Positions 1 through 6,608 of a stretch of DNA of 32,000 nucleotides are shown here, in pieces. The notes under the pieces were generated by a model. The model worked only from the letters and a program-made list of their open reading frames with translations. It did no database searches and was not told the origin of the DNA. Source of the DNA: Haloarcula rubra (lineage in GTDB: Archaea; Halobacteriota; Halobacteria; Halobacteriales; Haloarculaceae); the NCBI RefSeq assembly GCF_019599465.1, contig NZ_RKLR01000016.1, forward strand, positions 2,005 to 34,004, in the 5' to 3' direction. The position numbers and the translations under genes are program-made. Each line of letters opens with the position of its first letter. Within the stretch, counting starts at the first letter, position 1.

Positions 1-1
1 C

Positions 2-178
2 GTTATTTCTGCTGACGCGCCAGCATTCCTTCCCAAAAGTGGCAATTCAGATTACCGGGAGGCCATTATCGACGAACAGGTCATCTTTGACGAAGATGCG
101 CGGAAGTACACGGAATCGGATGTGGGAACAGAGTTCACGCATACTGTGAGTATCCCGCAGCCACAACCAGACTCCTGA
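2..178 (+). CDS. 3' end of an unidentified acidic protein gene (5' part lies outside the window)
   Basis: The frame is open from the window edge to TGA at 176-178. The tail reads ...IIDEQVIFDEDARKYTESDVGTEFTHTVSIPQPQPDS, which has a haloarchaeal-style acidic composition. It is absent from the supplied track because the visible part is under 60 aa. Confidence 0.3.
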   Translation, partial: VISADAPAFLPKSGNSDYREAIIDEQVIFDEDARKYTESDVGTEFTHTVSIPQPQPDS

Positions 179-215
179 GAAATCTAAAGCACCGATTCAA
201 CTATTTTTTACCCAG

Positions 216-443
216 CTATAGAAGGCGACTATCGCTGACAGCCCAGACCTGTTCATATCGCTTGCAGTACACTGTCGGTTCCTGCAGCTGGTGGTGATGC
301 TGTGGGCACATCATCCGCCACAGGTCGCCGAGCTTCTCGTCGACGGACACACTGATCGGCGGTTCCCGATATCTTCCAGCAGTACTCGGCGGCCGCCTCC
401 GCTACTGTAGACGTGGCACAATCCATTTCTCGCCGTCTTGTTC
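216..443 (-). pseudogene. decayed second copy of the small two-gene cassette that is intact at 2567-2954
   Basis: Bases 259-403 align with 2656-2809 at about 90% identity by eye, with one 9-nt indel. In this copy the start ATG is ATC and the second CxxC is lost (KRCNH becomes KRYEQ). The part matching the 69-aa gene has a frame break and a deletion of about 27 nt. Its 5' third is missing and the HNH gene sits in that position. Confidence 0.6.
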
Positions 444-459
444 CTATTAATGGATACGG

Positions 460-1506
460 TCATATTGCCTCGAGCACAATAATAAGAACAAGTCCTATAG
501 ATACCCCCGCTGCTATAATTAGTAGTCCGCGAGCCAGTGTATAAAGAAACTGAGTAAATATACCAGTATCCTGTTCCGACTCCGCATTTACCCTCTGTGG
601 TGTTTGAGTCCCATGCTCTGTTAGGTTCTCATCGGCAGGATTGGCGACAGTACTTTTAATTTGGTCAGAAGAGGTGTTTGCTGAGTCAATTTCATCATTG
701 GTTTCTGGTTTCTTGGGCTTCTCTTGAGAGTCGTTCGCTGATGTGGATTGGTGTATAGGTTCCGGTTCACTTGACGAACGGACGGCTTCTTCCTTGTATT
801 CGTTTCTCCAGCCACTGGTATCAATACCCCGGTTATTCCGAGATTTGTCTTCTTCGTCGTTCGTTGAATCCGCTTTTGAAGAAGGTGTTGTGCTATCCTC
901 TGTTTCCCCACATACTGATTCGGACTCGCTGTCAGGTAGTCCATCATCGCGGGCTCTCTCGCTATCGCCTCCGACGAGATGGCTGTTTTCACTGTCAAGT
1001 GAATCAGTTGAACGCTGTCGTGTCCCGGCTGTATCACGACCGTAATCCAGATCGAACCACGATGGGAACGTCGTACTATTTTGGAAATTACTTTCGTGAA
1101 CTTTGATGTGGCAACTTCTACACAGCGTCACCAAATTCGAACCGACATGATTTCCGCCTGATGACTTCGGTACGATGTGGTGGGCATGGAGTTCGGTATC
1201 ACCCTGTTCACCTCCTCTGACGCCGCAGTTTTGACATTGGTACTGATCTCGCCGATAAACTCTACGCCTGCGATTTTCCCAGTCGTTTGGCAATTCGTTG
1301 CCATCTGATTTGTGTGGTCCAGAATTCGCCCGGTCGAAACAGCCTGTGCAAAGCGTCACAAAGTTTGATCTGGCCGACTGTTCGCCCTCGTCACTTGGAA
1401 CAACCTGATAGACGCGAAGGTTCTCACCTTCACCACTTGTAGAACAGTTCCGGCATTGATAGTCATCTCGCAAAAATATTTCCTCTGGCTCCGGACTTCC
1501 CATCAA
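460..1506 (-). CDS. HNH endonuclease-domain protein with tandem HNH-type zinc modules and a C-terminal transmembrane anchor
   Basis: The second module is an intact HNH (QCQNCG...LHAHHIVPKSSGGNHVGSNLVTLCRSCHIKVH). The first is a degenerate copy (QCRNC...LRVYQVVP...NFVTLCTGCFDRAN). A long Ser/Asp/Glu-rich linker follows, and the protein ends in a hydrophobic helix (LLIIAAGVSIGLVLIIVL). The gene is AT-rich relative to its flanks. Confidence 0.75.
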   Translation of the reverse strand: MMGSPEPEEIFLRDDYQCRNCSTSGEGENLRVYQVVPSDEGEQSARSNFVTLCTGCFDRANSGPHKSDGNELPNDWENRRRRVYRRDQYQCQNCGVRGGEQGDTELHAHHIVPKSSGGNHVGSNLVTLCRSCHIKVHESNFQNSTTFPSWFDLDYGRDTAGTRQRSTDSLDSENSHLVGGDSERARDDGLPDSESESVCGETEDSTTPSSKADSTNDEEDKSRNNRGIDTSGWRNEYKEEAVRSSSEPEPIHQSTSANDSQEKPKKPETNDEIDSANTSSDQIKSTVANPADENLTEHGTQTPQRVNAESEQDTGIFTQFLYTLARGLLIIAAGVSIGLVLIIVLEAI

Positions 1507-1580
1507 TCGGCTTTGAGGAAGATGACTTAAATATCTAGTATATCTCAGACGTGCTGATGGAATCAGAACCTGGGATTTCT

Positions 1581-1588
1581 GAAGAAAC
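1581..1588. repeat. left copy of the 8-bp target-site duplication GAAGAAAC
   Basis: The identical octamer directly abuts both inverted-repeat ends of the IS (1581-1588 and 2515-2522). Confidence 0.75.
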
Positions 1589-2514
1589 GGCTCTGTAGTT
1601 TCGGTACACTGCGGTTGATTTCACGGATATCTCACGCTCCGGCGGAGGTTGTAGACGGTGGCTTTCAGCAGCATTTCACGGAACTCCAGCCACCAGCTTC
1701 GCGCACGCACGGCTGCGCCGAGCGTGCGCTTGATTGACGAGAAGACAGTTTCTGACATGGAACGCTGGTGGTATCGATCACCGTCCATGCGGGCGTTATG
1801 GGCGTGATCGAGCGGGTTCATAATCCTGTGCTTGATCAGCGGTCTGATGCCGTTGTCGCGGAGTTCGTCGCGGAAGGCTTTGGCGTCATAGCCTCGGTCG
1901 GCGGCGAGGCTCCGCAGGTCGCCGGCGTTGCGCCGGGCGACCTGCGGGCCGATCTTCGCATCGTGTTTCTTCGAGGTCGTCGAATGGATGTCGGTGATGT
2001 ACAGCGTTTCGACATCCACGAGAGCAGTGACTTTCAGCGCCCGGACGCGGTAGTGCGTACGATTAGCGTAGTGACGGCTGGGCTGGTCGCGGTCGAAGCC
2101 TGTCGAATCGATAGCAGCGTGGCCAGTGCGTTTCTCGGCTGACGCGCCGAGAAACGCACGCCACGTCTTCGTCGGAATCCGCGCAAACCACGTGCGGAGA
2201 ACGGTGTAGTGAGGCAATCGCGTGAGACCGATCTCGTCGAGGACGCCGGGCATCTCACTGAGCAAATCCACCGCGACGCGGTAGGATTTGCCCAGCTCGA
2301 TGCGGAGTGCATGCAGCGTGAGCATCGCCCACTCGGCGAACCCGCCACCCCCTTCGGGGTCGGCGGGTTCGTCTGGATTAGCGACAACAGATTTAGCCTT
2401 AGCCACCGTAACACGCGTGAGGAGACGGAATTCCGATACCACAACACTCCGTCTCTTCGCTTTCTACGGCAATAACGCAGTCGCGGCGTCTCCGTCTAGC
2501 GAAACTACAGAGCC
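1589..2514 (-). mobile_element. complete 926-bp IS5-family insertion sequence (ISH1/ISH28-like)
   Basis: The terminal inverted repeats are a perfect 15 bp: GGCTCTGTAGTTTCG at 1589-1603 and its reverse complement at 2500-2514. An 8-bp direct repeat flanks them. The element carries a single DDE transposase ORF. The subgroup assignment rests on my recollection of ISH28 size and 8-bp duplication and is unverified. Confidence 0.8.
1621..2442 (-). CDS. IS5-family DDE transposase
   Basis: 273 aa with a GTG start. The DDE-type motifs are AIDSTGF, LAADRGYD and RSMSETVFSSIKR. The overall pattern is typical of small haloarchaeal ISH transposases. Confidence 0.85.
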   Translation of the reverse strand: MVSEFRLLTRVTVAKAKSVVANPDEPADPEGGGGFAEWAMLTLHALRIELGKSYRVAVDLLSEMPGVLDEIGLTRLPHYTVLRTWFARIPTKTWRAFLGASAEKRTGHAAIDSTGFDRDQPSRHYANRTHYRVRALKVTALVDVETLYITDIHSTTSKKHDAKIGPQVARRNAGDLRSLAADRGYDAKAFRDELRDNGIRPLIKHRIMNPLDHAHNARMDGDRYHQRSMSETVFSSIKRTLGAAVRARSWWLEFREMLLKATVYNLRRSVRYP

Positions 2515-2522
2515 GAAGAAAC
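2515..2522. repeat. right copy of the 8-bp target-site duplication GAAGAAAC
   Basis: See 1581-1588. Confidence 0.75.
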
Positions 2523-2566
2523 ACACTCTATGGGGTGTGTATAGACAAAATTGGCCGATGTGTTTG

Positions 2567-2752
2567 CTACCGCTCACCCACCACAGCGTAGCTCTGCGTC
2601 TCCTCCTTATCGATCAAATCCTCGTACCGATAGGCGTGGTTGCACCGCTTGCAGTACACCGTCGGCCCCTGCTGGTCCTGCAACTGGTGATGATGCTGTG
2701 GGCACATCATCCGCCACAGGTCGCCGAGTTTCTCGTCGACGGACTCACTCAT
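2567..2752 (-). CDS. small zinc-binding protein (61 aa)
   Basis: The cysteine/histidine pattern is C-P-Q-H-H-H ... C-K-R-C. The gene overlaps the upstream gene by 8 nt, and a decayed paralog lies at 216-443. Confidence 0.5.
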   Translation of the reverse strand: MSESVDEKLGDLWRMMCPQHHHQLQDQQGPTVYCKRCNHAYRYEDLIDKEETQSYAVVGER

Positions 2753-2954
2753 CGCCGGTCTCCGAGATCTTCCGGCAGTATTCGGCGGCCGCCTCCGCCG
2801 CCGTCGGCGCGATGCCCTGGACGGCGACGCCGCCCTGCGTCGCCAGCCAGCTCCCGTCGTCCTGCTCTTTGAGGACGATGGTCGTCCAGTAGTTCCCGTG
2901 CGTGTGCAGCTCCGCGGTCTCGTGTACTTCCTTGTCGTCGTAGGTCGCTCCCAT
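2745..2954 (-). CDS. small HicB/UPF0150-like protein (69 aa)
   Basis: The segment DGSWLATQGGVAVQGIAPTAAEAAAEY resembles the HicB N-terminal-domain pattern (DGxW.A....G..x.G.T..EA). This assignment is from memory only. Confidence 0.4.
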   Translation of the reverse strand: MGATYDDKEVHETAELHTHGNYWTTIVLKEQDDGSWLATQGGVAVQGIAPTAAEAAAEYCRKISETGDE

Positions 2955-3038
2955 ACGTGGCTCTGTGGACGGGCTGCTAAAGGGGGTGAGCCATGGGTGT
3001 AGAGTGGAAGTGAAAGTGGAGCAGACTCCAGCCCGAAA

Positions 3039-3797
3039 TTACAACCACTTCTCGAAAGAGGACTGAGCGGGAGACTTATCTCGCATCTTGAAGTCTGGCA
3101 GTTCGCGTTCTTCTAAGTCGTTGTCTCGTAGAATCCGCGATGCATGCTCACCAACGACAGGAGCCACGAGCATCCCTCGAACAGCAGAACTCTCCGTTTG
3201 GCGATAATGTTTCACGTACCGCAGGAGCTGGTCAACGTGTTCAGCTTTCCCTGCAGGATGTTTCACCTCAATGACGACGATTTTGCCATCAGAGTCAGCA
3301 GCTACAAAATCGATATGGCCTTGAGGAACCGAGTATTCGTGATGCAGAATTCTTAGTCCTTCCTCGATCTCTTCGGGGTTTTCTTTTATGAACTGGTGCA
3401 TCCGGTCCTCTGTCTGGTACTGCTGAACACTCGCTTCGTCTGTGGCCTGAGACCGAACACAGAGCCCGATATCGTAGAGCCGAACGTGAAGTGTGTCCTC
3501 CCCGTTCGACTTCCGGCCATAGAGTAGAGTACAATCATCCAATGGGTAGAGTTCTACCGAACTCCTGATACCCTGTCTGGCGATTGCTCGCGCGCCTGAC
3601 GGACGGTGGACTGAAATAGCGCCATCCGGCTTACAGATGATGACCCTGTCACCTCTCCCAACTTCCCCTTCTCGACCCCCTGACCATTCGACCATACATT
3701 CTGCAAAAATGACGACAACATCACCCATCGACCGCGATTCAGAAAGGATGGATTCCAACTCATCAAAATCAGGGGAAGGAAAGCAACTTGCGTCCAT
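3039..3797 (-). CDS. nucS: endonuclease NucS (EndoMS)-like, divergent paralog
   Basis: The N-terminal domain reads CMVEWSGGREG..GDRVIICKPDGAISVH. The C-terminal RecB-like nuclease reads GHIDFVAADSDGKIVVIEVKHPAGKAEHVDQLLRY, giving the D, E-x-K, Q and Y residues. The C-terminus QSSFEKWL fits a PIP box. Confidence 0.75.
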   Translation of the reverse strand: MDASCFPSPDFDELESILSESRSMGDVVVIFAECMVEWSGGREGEVGRGDRVIICKPDGAISVHRPSGARAIARQGIRSSVELYPLDDCTLLYGRKSNGEDTLHVRLYDIGLCVRSQATDEASVQQYQTEDRMHQFIKENPEEIEEGLRILHHEYSVPQGHIDFVAADSDGKIVVIEVKHPAGKAEHVDQLLRYVKHYRQTESSAVRGMLVAPVVGEHASRILRDNDLEERELPDFKMRDKSPAQSSFEKWL

Positions 3798-3846
3798 CTC
3801 CGTTTCGTATGGTCATTCGGACCAGTAATTATCTTTTCCTATGATG

Positions 3847-4101
3847 TCACTTTTCGATGTGAACTCTACTCTGAACGGTTATGTCGTAGGTTCCGCTGAT
3901 ACCGAGTGTTTCAGCAATCTCCCGCTTCTGCCGGGTGGTCAAATCGTCCCGTTCCAGCACCTCTTGGATTCGCTCGTCGATACGCCAGGAGAACTCGGCG
4001 GACTTCATGAGGGCCGTCGTCTTGTTACAGCCCCAGAACTCGGCGGCCTGCTCGATGGTGTCCGTGCGGTGCGCGTGCTTGCCGTCTTCGCGGATTCGCA
4101 T
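3847..4101 (-). CDS. small hypothetical protein with a possible HTH (84 aa)
   Basis: I prefer this ORF over the overlapping + strand ORF 3841-4119 on composition. The segment LTTRQKREIAETLGISGTY is HTH-like. Confidence 0.45.
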   Translation of the reverse strand: MRIREDGKHAHRTDTIEQAAEFWGCNKTTALMKSAEFSWRIDERIQEVLERDDLTTRQKREIAETLGISGTYDITVQSRVHIEK

Positions 4102-4190
4102 ACTGGGACAAACACTTAATGTGGTAAAAATGAGCTACGAGATTTACCACGAAATAAATAGAGAGCAGTCAGACAATCCGCATCTCTGAA

Positions 4191-4670
4191 TTATTTGATT
4201 AAATCATTTTTCGAACCACGGACATCATCTTCGCTGAATACGCTACTACGTTGTTTGATTTTTTCTGGAGAGATTGCTTGTTGTGTGCCGTCCCACTCAA
4301 TTCCCTCTTCCCGTACATGATCTTGAAATAGTGAGTTCTCTCGTAGTTCCTTAGGATTAGTCGTCCAAGTTCGAATCCATCCCTCTAAGTGACCTCCATA
4401 GTTTTCTTTGATTATTACTCGAATCGGGATTTCCGAAATTTCCTGATTTAGCCCACCTGAGTCAGAATATATTGGTCGGTCATCGATTTTTTCAGGATAA
4501 CCATCTGACTGTATGCGTAGATCTCTGGAATCGTCTGTCGCTGGATTTGCGCAGTATACGATATCAGCTGTATCTATTCGCTCAACCAGTGTCCATACAG
4601 CCATACCACTGTCCAGTCTTTCAGGACGGTCTATGCCTATCTTCTCATATACTGATTCAATCTCATACAT
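4191..4670 (-). CDS. hypothetical protein (159 aa) in an AT-rich islet
   Basis: A clean ORF with no competing frame. It is divergent from the SIR2-like gene and I recognised no motif. Confidence 0.55.
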   Translation of the reverse strand: MYEIESVYEKIGIDRPERLDSGMAVWTLVERIDTADIVYCANPATDDSRDLRIQSDGYPEKIDDRPIYSDSGGLNQEISEIPIRVIIKENYGGHLEGWIRTWTTNPKELRENSLFQDHVREEGIEWDGTQQAISPEKIKQRSSVFSEDDVRGSKNDLIK

Positions 4671-4850
4671 ATTTTATAATCATTTGACCTGACAGATTAT
4701 ATCTGACGGAAACTGAGGACTCCATTCGTGAACACGAGGGCTAAAGCGAGGTATTCTCGACCAACTCGAAGCCCGATTACTGATAAAACGCCCGCGGCCC
4801 ACGCCCATCGCTCGTCCACGTCTTCCACTCAGCCCACGATACCCGCAAGA

Positions 4851-4885
4851 ATATGCACACGGCCAGTTTTCGCTCGTGTGCATAT
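4851..4885. promoter_or_regulatory. perfect 11-bp inverted repeat (ATATGCACACG-N13-CGTGTGCATAT) upstream of the SIR2-like gene
   Basis: Read directly from the sequence. It lies about 60 nt upstream of the ATG at 4946, inside the 275-bp divergent intergenic region. Confidence 0.4.
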
Positions 4886-4945
4886 CGCGTCGAGGACGAT
4901 CTTCGAGCTGCAACCCCATGGTTAGAAAATCTCACACGCTTAATC

Positions 4946-5869
4946 ATGATGAGCAGAATATCTATTACGATGGTACAAAATCTAATCTTAGTTGGGGCGG
5001 GTGCAAGTTACGGTGCTGGTGATATCGTACCAAATCAACCACCTCTTGGAGGAGGTCTTTTTGCAGAACTTGAATCTACATTTCCAAACACATGGGGAGC
5101 CCTTCCGGAGCACATAAAAAACGAATTTCGTACAGATTTTGAGGAGGGAATGGTTGCTCTTAGCGAATTTAATTCTAAGCTTCATGCGCCATTATATCAA
5201 GCAATGGGGGCATATTTTGCACAATTCAGCATCGGCAGCGAAACGACGCAGTACGAAATCCTTGTTGACAGCCTATCAGACTCGTTGGCAGATGGGGAAA
5301 CAGTCCTATCCTCGCTCAATTATGAGTGCTTGTTGGAAGAGGCGATGAGTGATTTTGGTCATAAAATAAATTATTTTCCTGACGAGCTTGGCGAAGCTGC
5401 GACTGTACTGAAGCCACATGGTTCTTGTAATTTTTTATCACAAAACCTCACGGCACAGGGTGATATTCAATTCTCCGAGGGAGTCTCGTTCTCAGGTGGT
5501 GTGGAAGCTGTCTCTCGGAAAGAGGTCATACAATATCATCGAGGAAACAACGCACTGTACCCTGCTATGGCTCTTTTTCGACCAGACAAGTATACACAGG
5601 TCGGTACCAGCGTTATTCAATCCATCCAGGGGAAATGGAAAGAGGCAGTTCAACAATCAGACAAGGTCGGGATTATTGGTGTTAATCCGCGACCCAGTGA
5701 CGACCATCTCTGGGAACCCCTATCGAATACCGATGCTGAGATCTTCTATATCGGCGGTGAAGATTCCTTTGACAGATGGACAAGGAACCACCGAGACTCG
5801 GGTATGAATACGTTCATTTCCAACCGGTTCCATGAGGGAGTGTCTGAACTCACCGATGAGTTGCAGTAG
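4946..5869 (+). CDS. SIR2-like (SIR2_2 / DHS-like NAD-binding fold) protein
   Basis: The motif series is LILVGAGASYGAG (the GAGxS NAD loop), SLNYECLLEEA (compare TTNYD), LKPHGSCNF (compare KLHGS, the catalytic His) and VGIIGVNPRPSDDHLW. The start is placed at the ATG at 4946; 4970 is an alternative. The track start at 4853 falls in the GC-richer intergenic region. Confidence 0.6.
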   Translation: MMSRISITMVQNLILVGAGASYGAGDIVPNQPPLGGGLFAELESTFPNTWGALPEHIKNEFRTDFEEGMVALSEFNSKLHAPLYQAMGAYFAQFSIGSETTQYEILVDSLSDSLADGETVLSSLNYECLLEEAMSDFGHKINYFPDELGEAATVLKPHGSCNFLSQNLTAQGDIQFSEGVSFSGGVEAVSRKEVIQYHRGNNALYPAMALFRPDKYTQVGTSVIQSIQGKWKEAVQQSDKVGIIGVNPRPSDDHLWEPLSNTDAEIFYIGGEDSFDRWTRNHRDSGMNTFISNRFHEGVSELTDELQ

Positions 5870-5930
5870 CTCTCATAGTTGTACCTGAAGTACGACCTGA
5901 CTTTTACCGGACTACCCGAGAGCGGCGGGC

Positions 5931-6389
5931 ATGGCCGTTTGCGCGGCCACTCGAACTATGTTCGGAAAGATCGACATCGAAGACGCACTGGCCGGTGTGC
6001 TGTTCACCGCCAGTGCACTCGTCACCAACAGTATCGCTTCCATCAGTGTCCTCGGCTACGACCTCAGCGCGGCCGTTTGGACCGTCCAGAACACGGACAT
6101 CACGTTCGCGTTCCTCATCTCTATCGCCGCACTCGTCGCGGCCTACGCGACCAACCGCGTCAACAAGACGAAGAGCAAGAGCTACGAAGTCGAGACGGAC
6201 CTCGTGGCTATCGCGAAGGGCTCGGCGACCGTCGAGACCTACCTCGCGGGCGGGACGCTTCTCATTGTTCTGCTGACCGGCCTGAACATCCTCGGCGTCG
6301 GTGACGCCATCGCCGGGACCGCTGCGTTCGGCATGGTCGTCGTCGCCGTCGAGGCAGCCGGCTACTACGTCATCAGCTACCTCGGGTGA
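5931..6389 (+). CDS. small integral membrane protein (4 predicted TM helices), VP3-like position
   Basis: Four hydrophobic segments are visible. This is the first gene of the GC-rich block. An alternative start lies at 5958. Confidence 0.6.
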   Translation: MAVCAATRTMFGKIDIEDALAGVLFTASALVTNSIASISVLGYDLSAAVWTVQNTDITFAFLISIAALVAAYATNRVNKTKSKSYEVETDLVAIAKGSATVETYLAGGTLLIVLLTGLNILGVGDAIAGTAAFGMVVVAVEAAGYYVISYLG

Positions 6390-6395
6390 GTTCCG

Positions 6396-6608
6396 ATGGA
6401 ACGCACTCTCAGCTACGGCCTAGTCGGGACCATCGGCGTGTCGGCGTCGACCATCTCGGCGGCCGTTGTCGGTGACCCGTTCCCCGTGGTCGTCCCGGCC
6501 CTCGTGGGCGGGACCGTCATCGCCGGCCACCACGTCCGGCACCGACATCACACCGACGACAACATCGAGGGACAGACCGAGATCGTCAGCGAGGAGGGAT
6601 CGGCGTGA
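6396..6608 (+). CDS. small membrane protein (70 aa, 2 hydrophobic segments)
   Basis: The hydrophobic N-terminal two thirds are followed by a His-rich segment (HHVRHRHH). Its stop overlaps the GTG start of the next gene (GTGA). Confidence 0.5.
   Translation: MERTLSYGLVGTIGVSASTISAAVVGDPFPVVVPALVGGTVIAGHHVRHRHHTDDNIEGQTEIVSEEGSA

Noticed and set aside
3841-4119. 92-aa + strand ORF
   Set aside because: It overlaps the minus-strand 84-aa ORF almost entirely. The minus-strand product has a more protein-like composition and an HTH-like segment. The call remains uncertain.
4369-4378. GTTCGAATCC, a tRNA T-arm-like decamer
   Set aside because: No acceptor, D or anticodon stems can be built around it, and it lies inside a clean ORF.
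5870-5930. Search for att-type direct repeats between the left edge (5870-5930) and right edge (15193-15320) of the virus-like block
   Set aside because: Only a 7-nt match (ACTACCC) was found by eye, which is not significant. The element borders remain undefined.
5879-6304. Arg-rich alternative frames (5879-6304 and 5995-6276)
   Set aside because: They overlap the 4-TM membrane-protein frame, and their Arg/Pro-rich low-complexity sequence is typical of off-frame GC-rich DNA.
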